Below, in pieces: positions 47,666 to 57,922 of a stretch of DNA of 64,000 nt. Made by a program: the position numbers and the translations under genes. The notes under the pieces were generated by a model. The model was not told the DNA's origin. It made no database searches and saw nothing but the letters and a program-made list of their open reading frames with translations. Within the stretch, counting starts at the first letter, position 1. The number at the start of each line of letters is the position of its first letter. Source of the DNA: Eubacteriales bacterium. Lineage in GTDB: Bacteria > Bacillota > Clostridia > Oscillospirales > CAG-272. The DNA is taken from assembly GCA_045126815.1 (NCBI GenBank), contig JBGVPD010000001.1, forward strand, positions 3,776 to 67,775, written 5' to 3'.

Positions 47666-48580
47666 ATGCTCCCCCCATACGAGTTGAAAAATAAGGATTT
47701 TTCCAAAATTATGCGTGGATATAATCCTGCCGAAGTAGATGAACATTTTAATTTTATAATCGAAAAATATACAGAGCTTTACAGAGAAAATGACGAGCTT
47801 GAGAGAAAGCTTAAAACAGCTTATGCGAAGCTTGATGAAATAAAGAGTGAAGAAGAATCTATCAGAAATGCGATGGTTAATGCACAACGCGCAAGTTCGA
47901 AGATTATGAATGAAGCAAATGACAGAGCTGATATTATTATCAATACTGCGCGCAAGAGTTGTGACAGAATTTTATCTGATTTTAAAAAGAAAATTCAGGA
48001 ACAAAGAGCGGTTTTGTGTGCGTTAAACAGTGCCATTTCCGACTTTAAAGAAAAGCTTTTTAAGCTCTATAATTCTCATATTTCATACATCGAAGGAATT
48101 GAATTGCTTGATGAAAATGAGATTTTAAAATACGCTTTATCCGATGACAGTTATACTTCAGCCGTTGTTCAAAACATTAAACAGGAAATTGTTGGATTGA
48201 CCAGCGGTATGTATGAAAATGAAGCGGAAAAGGCTGAGAATGACGGCTTTGTTGAAGCAGAGGTCGTAACACAGGAACCGGTTGTTCGTTTGAATAACGT
48301 AAAAGATACGATCAAAGAACTAAACAAGAGATTTTTGGAAGAGGAAAACGAAAGCAACGTAGAAGATGCCGTTGTTTCGAGTGAACCTATACAAACAGTT
48401 GAGGATGAAGCAGAGAAAGAATATACTGAAATGCTTCGTCAACTCGGAGCTTCTTCATCGGTCGATTTAAATGATATTAATACTGACAAGACCGAGAAAG
48501 AAAAACAAAAAGACGATTTTTATGAAGCTTACCGTACACCTGAAAATTACGGTGAAACTATAAAAAGAAAAAAACATTAA
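47666..48580 (+). CDS. divIVA: DivIVA domain protein
   Basis: N-terminal L.NKDFSKIMRGYNPAEVDEHF followed by coiled coil. RBS is GAGGTG. Confidence 0.85.
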   Translation: MLPPYELKNKDFSKIMRGYNPAEVDEHFNFIIEKYTELYRENDELERKLKTAYAKLDEIKSEEESIRNAMVNAQRASSKIMNEANDRADIIINTARKSCDRILSDFKKKIQEQRAVLCALNSAISDFKEKLFKLYNSHISYIEGIELLDENEILKYALSDDSYTSAVVQNIKQEIVGLTSGMYENEAEKAENDGFVEAEVVTQEPVVRLNNVKDTIKELNKRFLEEENESNVEDAVVSSEPIQTVEDEAEKEYTEMLRQLGASSSVDLNDINTDKTEKEKQKDDFYEAYRTPENYGETIKRKKH

Positions 48581-48632
48581 TTTTTTAGAAAATATTGACA
48601 ATATTGAGTTTAGTTAAGGAGTAAAGATAGAT

Positions 48633-51428
48633 ATGGCAACAGATTACACAAAGACGCTTAACCTACCTGCAACAGAGTTTTCGATGAGAGCAAACTTGCC
48701 TCAAAGAGAGCCCGAATTTTATGCTGAGTGGGAAAAAATGGAACTTTATAAGGCTATGTTGGAGAGAAATGAGGGCAAACCTTCGTTTATTCTTCACGAT
48801 GGACCTCCTTTTTCGAACGGTAACATTCACATGGGTACCGCACTTAACAAGGTGCTTAAAGACTTTATAAACAAGTATAAATCAATGACAGGATATTATG
48901 TTCCTTTTGTACCCGGTTGGGACAACCACGGTATGCCTATCGAAAGCGCTATTATCAAGAAGAGCAAACTCGACAGAAAGAAGATGAGTATTCCTGAGTT
49001 CCGCAGTGCTTGTCACGAATTTGCACAGAACTTCGTTGATATCCAGATGGGACAGTTTAAGAGACTTGGTGTGGTTGCAGATTGGGACAATCCTTATTTA
49101 ACAATGAACCCTTCTTTTGAAGCAAGAGAAGTTAAGGTTTTTGGTGAAATGTACAAGAAAGGCTATATTTACAAGGGCCTTAAACCTGTTTATTGGTGTC
49201 CTAACGACGAAACTGCGTTAGCAGAAGCTGAGATTGAATATAAAGATGACGTTTGTACGTCAATTTACGTTAAATTCCTTATTGAAAATGATAACGGTAA
49301 ACTTGCTGACGTGTGCGAACTTGACAAGACTTACTTCATTATTTGGACTACGACTACTTGGACTCTCCCCGGTAACTTGGCGATAGCCCTTCATCCCAGA
49401 GATACTTATGCTGTTGTAAAGGCATCTGACGGCAATTATTATATTATTGCAGAAGCTTTGGTAGAGAAGACTATGAAAATGGGCGGAATTACCGAATACG
49501 AGATAGTTCATACAATGCCCGGTAATGCATTTGAATATATGACAGCGCGTCATCCTTTTATTGATCGTTCATCAGTGATTGTAAATGCAGATTATGTAAC
49601 TATGGACAGCGGTACAGGATGTGTACACACAGCTCCCGGTTTTGGTGCAGACGACTATGTAACATGTCGTAGATATAACATTGATATTATTGTTCCGGTT
49701 GACGACAGAGGTTACCAGACCGCTGAGGCCGGTAAATTTGCAGGAATGCATTATCTCGAATCGAATACTGCGATTCTTGAAGATATGAAAGAAAGCGGTG
49801 CACTTTTCGCATCAGAAGAGTTTACACACTCATATCCTCATTGTTGGAGATGTAAGAAACCTATTATTTTCAGAGCTACACCTCAATGGTTCTGTTCTGT
49901 TGATTCATTTAAAAATGAAGCTGTTAAGGCTTGTGAAGATGTTGAATGGATTCCCGAATGGGGCGGCGATAGAATAACTCAGATGGTTAAAGAACGTGCG
50001 GATTGGTGTATAAGCCGTCAGCGTCATTGGGGACTTCCTATTCCCGTATTCTATTGTGCTGACTGCGGTAAACCCGTTTGTACAGATGCAACTATTGAAG
50101 CTGTTTCAAAGTTATTTGGAGAAAAAGGTTCTAACGCTTGGTATCAGCTTGATGCTGCAGAAATTCTTCCTGAAGGCTTTGAATGTCCTCACTGTAAGGG
50201 TAAGACATTTACAAAAGAAACCGATACACTTGACGGTTGGTTTGACTCAGGCTCCAGCCATTTTGCAGTGCTTGAAGATAACAAAGATTCAAAATGGCCC
50301 GCTGACTTGTATCTCGAAGGTGCAGACCAGTACAGAGGTTGGTTCCAGTCCTCACTTCTTACAGCAGTTGGTGCAAAGGGCGAAGGCGCTCCTTATAAAC
50401 AGGTTCTTACACATGGTTGGGTTGTTGACGGTGAAGGCAAGGCTATGCATAAGTCACTTGGCAACTCGATCGCGCCTGAAGAAGTTATCGTTAAATACGG
50501 CGCTGACTTAGTTCGTTTGTGGGTTGCATCATCTGACTATCAGGTTGACGTTCGTGTTTCTGATCCCATATTTAAGCAGTTATCCGAAAGCTACCGTAAG
50601 ATTCGTAACACAGTCAGAATTCTTATGGCAAACCTTTCTGACTTTGATCCCGATAAAGATATGGTTGAAACAAGTGAGCTTTACGATATTGATAAGTGGG
50701 CGTTGTATCACCTCAATAAACTTGTTAAGACGGTTCACGAAGCATATAAAAACTATTCATTCCATATAGTTTATCACGAGCTTAATAACTTCTGCACAGT
50801 ACAGATGTCAAAGCTTTACGTTGATATAACAAAAGACCGTGTATATACTGAAAAAACGACAGGTAAGGCAAGACGTTCGGCGCAGACAGCGATGTATATA
50901 ATTCTCAGTTCGCTTGTTCGTTTACTTGCTCCCGTTCTTTCATTTACAGCTGATGAAGCGTGGAAGGCTATGCCTCACTCCAAGAAAGATGATACAAGAC
51001 ACGTTCTTTTGAACGATATGCCCGAATATACAACTGAATATGAATTTGCTGAGATCGAGCAGCATTATGACAGACTTTTTGATATAAGAGATGACGTTAT
51101 GAAATCTCTCGAATTGGCAAGAGTTGAGAAAGTTATCGGAAAGTCGCTCGAAGCAAAGATCAGAATTTATACAGAGTCAACTGAGATTTTGGATATGCTC
51201 AACAGTTTTGGTAATGAACTTCCTACGTTGTTTATCGTATCTCAGGTTGAGGTTGTATCCGGCAAAGCAGGAGCTAATGCGTATGTATCACCTGAAAGTT
51301 CTATTGCTGTTGAAGTGTTAAAGGCTGACGGCGAGAAGTGTGACAGATGTTGGCTTTATACTACTGACGGCGAGACTGTCGGAGAGTCACATATATGTGC
51401 GCGTTGTAAAGCCGTAATTGAAGCATAA
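48633..51428 (+). CDS. ileS: Isoleucine--tRNA ligase
   Basis: HIGH-type motif (NIHMGTALNK), KMSKS-type motif (AMHKSLGN), and a C-terminal Zn finger (CDRC...CARC). Confidence 0.95.
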   Translation: MATDYTKTLNLPATEFSMRANLPQREPEFYAEWEKMELYKAMLERNEGKPSFILHDGPPFSNGNIHMGTALNKVLKDFINKYKSMTGYYVPFVPGWDNHGMPIESAIIKKSKLDRKKMSIPEFRSACHEFAQNFVDIQMGQFKRLGVVADWDNPYLTMNPSFEAREVKVFGEMYKKGYIYKGLKPVYWCPNDETALAEAEIEYKDDVCTSIYVKFLIENDNGKLADVCELDKTYFIIWTTTTWTLPGNLAIALHPRDTYAVVKASDGNYYIIAEALVEKTMKMGGITEYEIVHTMPGNAFEYMTARHPFIDRSSVIVNADYVTMDSGTGCVHTAPGFGADDYVTCRRYNIDIIVPVDDRGYQTAEAGKFAGMHYLESNTAILEDMKESGALFASEEFTHSYPHCWRCKKPIIFRATPQWFCSVDSFKNEAVKACEDVEWIPEWGGDRITQMVKERADWCISRQRHWGLPIPVFYCADCGKPVCTDATIEAVSKLFGEKGSNAWYQLDAAEILPEGFECPHCKGKTFTKETDTLDGWFDSGSSHFAVLEDNKDSKWPADLYLEGADQYRGWFQSSLLTAVGAKGEGAPYKQVLTHGWVVDGEGKAMHKSLGNSIAPEEVIVKYGADLVRLWVASSDYQVDVRVSDPIFKQLSESYRKIRNTVRILMANLSDFDPDKDMVETSELYDIDKWALYHLNKLVKTVHEAYKNYSFHIVYHELNNFCTVQMSKLYVDITKDRVYTEKTTGKARRSAQTAMYIILSSLVRLLAPVLSFTADEAWKAMPHSKKDDTRHVLLNDMPEYTTEYEFAEIEQHYDRLFDIRDDVMKSLELARVEKVIGKSLEAKIRIYTESTEILDMLNSFGNELPTLFIVSQVEVVSGKAGANAYVSPESSIAVEVLKADGEKCDRCWLYTTDGETVGESHICARCKAVIEA

Positions 51429-51459
51429 AAATCACATAAGGAAGTCAATGGTATAAACA

Positions 51460-51987
51460 GTGTCCTATTTATTGTATTTAATTTGTATAGTATCTGTAGT
51501 GGTATTTGACCAGATTACGAAAATGATAGCTATAAAGCAACTTTTACCGATTTCAACGTATCCGATTATAAAAGATGTGATTCATTTTACGTATGTTGAA
51601 AACAGAGGCGCTGCATTCGGTATATTGAAAGATCAAAGATGGGTATTTATGATCTTGTCAACTGTTGTGGTTGTTGTTATTTTATATATAATGGTTAGAT
51701 ATAAGAAGTATCTTCATCCTATTATGCTTATCGGATTATCATTTACGGTAGGCGGTGGGATAGGAAATATGATCGACAGAACTGTAAAGGGATATGTTGT
51801 TGATTTCATTGATTTTACATTGATCGACTTTGCAGTATTTAATATAGCCGACACGTTTATATGTATCGGTGTCGGCTTGATCATACTCGATATTATAATC
51901 GGAAAGAGTGATTATTCTTTTCTTGAGAGTAATAAAATGAATTCAAAAACGGAAAATGGTACAGAAGATGAAACTGATTCCCATTGA
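51460..51987 (+). CDS. lspA: Signal peptidase II
   Basis: Has NRGAAFG and FNIADTFI motifs and 4 TM helices. Confidence 0.85.
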   Translation: MSYLLYLICIVSVVVFDQITKMIAIKQLLPISTYPIIKDVIHFTYVENRGAAFGILKDQRWVFMILSTVVVVVILYIMVRYKKYLHPIMLIGLSFTVGGGIGNMIDRTVKGYVVDFIDFTLIDFAVFNIADTFICIGVGLIILDIIIGKSDYSFLESNKMNSKTENGTEDETDSH

Positions 51988-52879
51988 TGTTAACGATATC
52001 GACAAACGGTTAGATGTATTTATGGCGGAACGTGGGAACTTAACACGTTCCGCTTCTCAAAAATTGCTGAATGACGGACTTGTTAAAGTTAACGGTAAAG
52101 TTATATCAAAAAGCTATAAGGTTAAGCTTAACGATATAATTGAGTTTGATATACCTCAAGTTGTCGAGTCGGAGAATAAACCGCAAAATATTGAAATTGA
52201 TATTGTATATGAGGACGAGCATTTATTGGTTGTTAATAAGCCGAGAGGTATGGTCGTACATCCGGCGGCGGGGAATCCTGATAATACACTTGTAAATGCG
52301 TTGTTGTATCATTGTGGCGATTCTTTATCAGGAATAAACGGCGTTATTCGTCCGGGGATCGTTCATAGAATTGATAAGGATACGAGCGGTTTGCTTGTTG
52401 TAGCCAAAAATGATCATGCTCACGTTTCACTTGCTGAGCAAATTAAGGAACATTCTTTTGACCGCTATTACGAGGCTGTTTGCTGTGGTAGATTTAAAGA
52501 AGAAAAGGGAACCATAGATGCTCCAATTGGAAGACATCCAAAAGACAGAAAGAAAATGGCTATCGTATCCGACGGTAGAAGAGCAGTAACACATTACGAA
52601 GTTTTAGGTAATTATAAAGGATTTTCTCACGTTAAATTTAAGCTCGAGACCGGTAGAACGCATCAAATAAGGGTTCATATATCCAGTAAGGGACACCCGA
52701 TTATTGGTGACAGAATTTACGGGGCGAGAGATTCGTTGGGAATTGAAGGTCAATGTCTTCACGCAAAGACTATTTCGTTTGTTCATCCGGTTACGAATAA
52801 ATTGATGAGTTTTGATAGTGAACTGCCTGATTATTTTAAATCTATCCTCTCAAAATTAAGGAGAGAAGATTATGACTGA
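51956..52879 (+). CDS. rluD: RluA-family 23S rRNA pseudouridine synthase (RluD-like)
   Basis: N-terminal S4 domain, HRIDKDTSGLLV, and RTHQIRVH. Start is either 51956 or 51968. Confidence 0.85.
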   Translation: MVQKMKLIPIDVNDIDKRLDVFMAERGNLTRSASQKLLNDGLVKVNGKVISKSYKVKLNDIIEFDIPQVVESENKPQNIEIDIVYEDEHLLVVNKPRGMVVHPAAGNPDNTLVNALLYHCGDSLSGINGVIRPGIVHRIDKDTSGLLVVAKNDHAHVSLAEQIKEHSFDRYYEAVCCGRFKEEKGTIDAPIGRHPKDRKKMAIVSDGRRAVTHYEVLGNYKGFSHVKFKLETGRTHQIRVHISSKGHPIIGDRIYGARDSLGIEGQCLHAKTISFVHPVTNKLMSFDSELPDYFKSILSKLRREDYD

Positions 52880-53711
52880 TAATAAAAAGTTTGACGGTAT
52901 TATAATTGTTTCAGATTTTGACGGAACATTAAGGGCTGACTCTAATATTATTCCGCAAAGAAATATAGACGCTATTGAGTATTTTAAGGCTAACGGCGGA
53001 ACTTTTATTGTTGCCTCGGGGAGAGCAGAGTTTGTTCTTGATGTTATAGAACCTAAGGTTAAAGAATTGGTAAATGGTCCTTGTATTTATTCAAACGGAA
53101 GTTATTTGTACGATTATTCAACGGGCGAAAAATATAAGGAAAAGTGTATTCCGGAAGATAATATACGTGAGATATTGTATCTCATAAGAGATATTGCGCC
53201 TGAAGTTGCAATTAGAATTGTACGCTGTGGTGAGTATATAACTCCTGACGATAACGATGAGATAAAGATCCAAATCAAACGCGGGTTTATGGAAAACGTT
53301 GTTGCTTATACTTATGAAACCGTTCCTGTTGATAAGATTAATAAAATTACTATTTGCGGATCTCACGAAAACGTTGTAAAAATAAGACTAGCAATCGAAA
53401 AAGATTATTCCGAAAATGTAAATATGACTTTTTCGTGGAAGTCGGTACTTGAGATACAGGAAAAAAACGTTTCAAAAGCTTCTTTGCTTAACGAAATCAG
53501 AAATAAGTATACAAGTAACGGCAAAAAGCCAACAATATATGCTGTGGGTGACTATGAAAATGACATCGAAATGCTGAAAAATGCTGATTTTTCTTGTTGT
53601 CCCGCAAATGCACACGAGAAAGTTAAACCGGTATGTAAAATGCACCTTTGTTCTAATAACGACGGTGCTTTGGCAGATCTGATAGAAAAAATTGAAAAAA
53701 GTTTAGTTTAA
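52872..53711 (+). CDS. Cof-type HAD-IIB family hydrolase
   Basis: Has IIVSDFDGTL and GDYENDIEM motifs. It overlaps rluD by 8 nt. Confidence 0.8.
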   Translation: MTDNKKFDGIIIVSDFDGTLRADSNIIPQRNIDAIEYFKANGGTFIVASGRAEFVLDVIEPKVKELVNGPCIYSNGSYLYDYSTGEKYKEKCIPEDNIREILYLIRDIAPEVAIRIVRCGEYITPDDNDEIKIQIKRGFMENVVAYTYETVPVDKINKITICGSHENVVKIRLAIEKDYSENVNMTFSWKSVLEIQEKNVSKASLLNEIRNKYTSNGKKPTIYAVGDYENDIEMLKNADFSCCPANAHEKVKPVCKMHLCSNNDGALADLIEKIEKSLV

Positions 53712-53749
53712 AATCCATTCGCCTCCATTCAGGCAGAAAGGTTAGAAAT

Positions 53750-55681
53750 ATGAAAGAAAAATTTTATATTACGACAGCGATCGCATACGCATCCAGAAAG
53801 CCTCATATAGGCAACACATACGAGATAATTTTAACTGATGCAATTGCGCGCTATAAGAGACAGCAGGGATACGATGTATTCTTCTTGACAGGTACAGATG
53901 AACACGGTCAGAAGATCGAAAACTGTGCAAATGAAGCCGGAATAGCTCCTCAAGAGTATGTTGACGGTGTTGCTGGAACGATCCGCAATATATGGGATCT
54001 TATGAACACAAGTTATGATAAATTTATAAGAACTACAGATGATTATCATGAAAAGGTAGTTAGCCATATATTCAACAAACTGTACGAAAAGGGAGATATA
54101 TACAAAAACGAATATGAGGGATGGTATTGTGTTCCTTGTGAATCGTTCTTCACTGAAACTCAGGCTGTTGACGGTAAGTGTCCTGACTGTGGACGAGAGC
54201 TTAAGAGAACGAAAGAGGAAGCTTACTTTTTCAGAATGAGTGCTTATGCAGACAGACTTATGAAGTATATTGATGAGCACCCTGAATTTATAGAACCCGA
54301 ATCTCGCAAAAAAGAAATGGTCAATAACTTCTTGAAAGCAGGTCTTCAGGATCTTTGTGTTTCGAGAACGTCGTTTAAGTGGGGAGTTCCTGTAGAGTTT
54401 GATCCCAAACACGTTATATATGTTTGGATAGATGCTTTGTCGAACTATATTACAGCTCTTGGTTATGATATTGATGAGCAGGGTGAATTGTTCCAGAAAT
54501 ATTGGCCTGCAGACGTTCATATAATAGGTAAGGATATTTTAAGATTCCATACTATCTACTGGCCCATTATGCTTATGGCGCTTGATGTAGAGCTTCCTAA
54601 AAAGGTATTTGGACATCCTTGGCTTAACTTTGGAACAGATAAGATGAGTAAATCAAAGGGCAACGTTATTTATGCCGATGATCTTGTTGAAATGTTTGGT
54701 GTCGATGCCGTTCGCCATTACTGTCTTGCAGAAATGCCTTATGCATCTGACGGAAGCATATCTTACGAGAATATAATTGCAAGATACAACAGCGACCTTG
54801 CTAACAATCTCGGTAACCTTGTAAACAGAACTATTGCCATGACGAAAAAGTATTTTGACGGAATAGTTCCTACTCCTGAAAATACAGTTAACGACATAGA
54901 CGAAGATTTGAAAAAATGTTGCAAAGAGGCTGTCGAAAAAGTACGCGAGAATATGGATTCATACCATATTGCTGACGCTTCCGATTGTGTTTTCGGTCTT
55001 CTTCGCAGAGCTAATAAGTATATAGATGAAACGACACCTTGGGTGTTGGCTAAAGATGAAGCTAACAAGGGCAGACTCGGAACAGTTATGTATAATCTCC
55101 TTGAGACTATTCGTATAGCTTCCGTGCTTCTTAATCCTTTCTTGACTCAAACAAGTGAAAAAATCTATACTTTCCTTAACACAGATATTACTGATTATGA
55201 ATCTGTATTAAGCTTTGGTAATTTGGTATCAGGCAGACCTGTAGGAGATGCTACCGTTTTGTTTGAAAGAATTGACGAGAAGAAGCTTCTTGAAGAAATT
55301 GAAGCAAAGAAAAAGGCTTCCGAAGAAAAGGTTATAGAAAAACCTGCTGATGCAAACGTTAACGAAATTACTTTTGATGACTTTATGGCTCTTGAGCTTC
55401 GTTGCGCAGAGGTTATTTCATGCGAACCCGTACCTAAGGCAAAGAAACTTTTGAAGCTTCAGCTCGACCTCGGATACGAGAAGAGACAGGTTGTTTCAGG
55501 AATTGCAAAATTCTATAAACCCGAAGAGTTGATTGGTAAGAAGGTTGCACTGGTTGCAAACTTGAAACCTGCCGTTCTTTGCGGTGTTGAAAGCAACGGA
55601 ATGATCTTGGCATCGGGTGAAGAAGATGTAAAGGTTATATTCCTTGATCCTACAACCGAAAACGGTGCAAGAATAAGATAA
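53750..55681 (+). CDS. metG: Methionine--tRNA ligase with a C-terminal tRNA-binding (EMAP/Trbp111) domain
   Basis: Has PHIGNTYE, a four-Cys knuckle (CVPC...CPDC), and KMSKSKGN. Confidence 0.95.
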   Translation: MKEKFYITTAIAYASRKPHIGNTYEIILTDAIARYKRQQGYDVFFLTGTDEHGQKIENCANEAGIAPQEYVDGVAGTIRNIWDLMNTSYDKFIRTTDDYHEKVVSHIFNKLYEKGDIYKNEYEGWYCVPCESFFTETQAVDGKCPDCGRELKRTKEEAYFFRMSAYADRLMKYIDEHPEFIEPESRKKEMVNNFLKAGLQDLCVSRTSFKWGVPVEFDPKHVIYVWIDALSNYITALGYDIDEQGELFQKYWPADVHIIGKDILRFHTIYWPIMLMALDVELPKKVFGHPWLNFGTDKMSKSKGNVIYADDLVEMFGVDAVRHYCLAEMPYASDGSISYENIIARYNSDLANNLGNLVNRTIAMTKKYFDGIVPTPENTVNDIDEDLKKCCKEAVEKVRENMDSYHIADASDCVFGLLRRANKYIDETTPWVLAKDEANKGRLGTVMYNLLETIRIASVLLNPFLTQTSEKIYTFLNTDITDYESVLSFGNLVSGRPVGDATVLFERIDEKKLLEEIEAKKKASEEKVIEKPADANVNEITFDDFMALELRCAEVISCEPVPKAKKLLKLQLDLGYEKRQVVSGIAKFYKPEELIGKKVALVANLKPAVLCGVESNGMILASGEEDVKVIFLDPTTENGARIR

Positions 55682-55691
55682 CGGTATAAAA

Positions 55692-56474
55692 ATGGAACAG
55701 ATTATTTTTGATGCACACGCCCATTACAATGATGAAAAGTATGATGGCGGTTTGCAGAGTGAAGTAATTGAATACGTGTTTGAAAACGGCGTTAAGTATA
55801 TTCTTAACGCCGGTACAAATATTACGACGTCTAAAGAAAGTATTGCCCTTGCAGAAAAATATGAGGGTATATATGCGGGTGTTGGAATATACCCACACGA
55901 TACAGTAGATATTGTTGACGAGAAAGATACTTTATTAACTCTTGATAAGATGCTGGACAACCCTAAAGTTGTATCTTTGGCGGAAATTGGACTTGACTAT
56001 TATTATGATTTTTCCCCTAAAGACGTCCAGATCAAATGGTTTGAAAATCAGCTTGATTTAGCCGAACAAAAGAATATCCCCGTATGTATCCACGACAGAG
56101 ACGCACACGGAGATGTTATGGAAATATTAAAAAGGCATAAGAATGTAAAGGGCATGTTGCATAGCTTCAGCGGAAGCAAGGAAATGGCTGAAGAGCTTTT
56201 AAAGAACGATTGGTACATTTCTGTATCAGGGGTTGTAACCTTTAAAAATGCTGTTAAAATTATTGATGTCGTTGAGATGCTACCTATTGACAGAATATTG
56301 ATAGAAACTGACTCACCATATCTATCTCCTGTACCTAACAGAGGTAAAATTAATAATTCTGCAAATTTATGGTATACGGCAGAAAAGATAGCTGAATTAA
56401 AGAGAATGACTACTGAGCAGGTATGCAATATTACAAGAGAAAACGCGTGTAGATTATTTAATATAAAAGAATAA
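55692..56474 (+). CDS. TatD family metal-dependent hydrolase
   Basis: Has FDAHAH, EIGLDYYY, IHDRDAH and ETDSPYL motifs. Confidence 0.9.
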   Translation: MEQIIFDAHAHYNDEKYDGGLQSEVIEYVFENGVKYILNAGTNITTSKESIALAEKYEGIYAGVGIYPHDTVDIVDEKDTLLTLDKMLDNPKVVSLAEIGLDYYYDFSPKDVQIKWFENQLDLAEQKNIPVCIHDRDAHGDVMEILKRHKNVKGMLHSFSGSKEMAEELLKNDWYISVSGVVTFKNAVKIIDVVEMLPIDRILIETDSPYLSPVPNRGKINNSANLWYTAEKIAELKRMTTEQVCNITRENACRLFNIKE

Positions 56475-56498
56475 CCCGAGAGACTTTTATCTCGGGTT
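56473..56498. terminator. Bidirectional terminator between tatD and the MATE gene
   Basis: Hairpin aacccgaga / tctcgggtt followed by a T-run. Confidence 0.75.
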
Positions 56499-56503
56499 AT
56501 TTT

Positions 56504-57916
56504 TTATAATCTTTCAGCTAAAGTCTGTTTCTTTTTCCATGTTCCCGAAAGGAAATAAATAAGGCTTGGTACGGCATAGCCGTAAGGAGCTAAAGCATAT
56601 CCCAAAACAAAACCGTAGAAGCCAAAGTTTAGTGCTATACCGAACAACCAACTCAAACCTATTCTTAATATAACACCGTCAAGCATAGCGAGGACCATAC
56701 ATAATTTTGAATTGCCGATTCCTTGGATGAAAGCACCGCTACCTCTCATGATAGAGAACGCAGGGAACATCCAAAGAATAGCTTTTATAAATACAGACGA
56801 CATATCGTGAACGGCGGGATCGTTTGAGAAAAGAATAAACATTTGTTTTCCGAAGAAGATGTAGAGTATCATAAAGAACACGGTAAATAAAGCTGAAAAT
56901 ATCCACGCAGCATATACAACGTCTTTAGCTCTTTTTTGATTGTTTGCGCCGATATTCATACTGATCATAGGCATAGCTGCATACTGTATTCCTTGAGATA
57001 TTTTATTTATAATATCATCAATACGGCAACCAACACCAAACGTTGCAGATGCAACAACTCCAACTTCGTTTATCAATGAGTTTACAAATAACATAGAAAT
57101 ATTTATAAAGCCTGATTGAATGGCCATAGGTGTGCCTAAACTCGTGATCATACCTGCATATTTTTTATTAAGTTTAAAACTTTCTTTTTTGAAATCAAAT
57201 CCAAAAGCATCTTTGTTTTTGAATAGATAATAAAGTGAGAATAAGAACGATACAGCTTGACCGATTATGGTAGCGTAGGCGGCGCCCGCGACACCGAATC
57301 CCATGATCCCGGTAAACAATATATCAAGTATTAAATTTACAACCGAGGCTATACAAATGAACATAAAAGGTCTCTTTGCATCGCCCATTCCGCGTAAGAT
57401 TGCAGATATCATATTATATCCGGCTGTGAAAAATAATCCTGCAGAACATATAACCAAATATTCTGTAGCCATTTTGCGTGATTCAGTCGGTATATTCATA
57501 ACATCAAGAATTAAATTCTGAGATACAAGAAAAACAGTAGAAAATATGAGTGAGCAGAGAAGAACGTAAACTGATAGCGTTCCAAGAATATCGTTCATTT
57601 CTTTATGCTTTTTTGCGCCTAATGCTTGGGAAATAAGCACTTGTCCCGCGTTTGAAAAACCAAGGCAAACCATTGTTGCGAAATTGACGATCATACTGCT
57701 TTGAGAAACAGCCGAAAGACCTGCTGTACCGACATATTTACCTACTATGATCATATCAATGGTGCTGTATAGAACTTGTAAAGCATTTGATGCCATAAAT
57801 GGAAGAGAAAACATTACAAGTTGTTTAAAAATATTTCCTTTTGTAAAATCTTTTGCAAGTCTGACCGAGCTCACGATATACCTCTTGTTTTTTTGAATAA
57901 AATTGTTATCCGACAT
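56504..57916 (-). CDS. MATE family efflux transporter (probably translated from a leaderless mRNA)
   Basis: 12-TM MATE pattern (FSLPFMASNALQVLYSTIDMIIVG). ATG 57916 sits exactly at the predicted +1 of a consensus promoter. The track start at 57943 lies inside the promoter spacer. Confidence 0.85.
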   Translation of the reverse strand: MSDNNFIQKNKRYIVSSVRLAKDFTKGNIFKQLVMFSLPFMASNALQVLYSTIDMIIVGKYVGTAGLSAVSQSSMIVNFATMVCLGFSNAGQVLISQALGAKKHKEMNDILGTLSVYVLLCSLIFSTVFLVSQNLILDVMNIPTESRKMATEYLVICSAGLFFTAGYNMISAILRGMGDAKRPFMFICIASVVNLILDILFTGIMGFGVAGAAYATIIGQAVSFLFSLYYLFKNKDAFGFDFKKESFKLNKKYAGMITSLGTPMAIQSGFINISMLFVNSLINEVGVVASATFGVGCRIDDIINKISQGIQYAAMPMISMNIGANNQKRAKDVVYAAWIFSALFTVFFMILYIFFGKQMFILFSNDPAVHDMSSVFIKAILWMFPAFSIMRGSGAFIQGIGNSKLCMVLAMLDGVILRIGLSWLFGIALNFGFYGFVLGYALAPYGYAVPSLIYFLSGTWKKKQTLAERL

Positions 57917-57922
57917 TTTGTT

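Noticed and set aside
53831-54520. 229-aa ORF antisense to metG, the longest 'extra' ORF in the track
   Set aside because: It lies entirely within a well-supported metG frame. It is low-complexity (rich in I, F, S, R, L), has no RBS, and has the composition typical of the reverse frame of an AT-rich gene.
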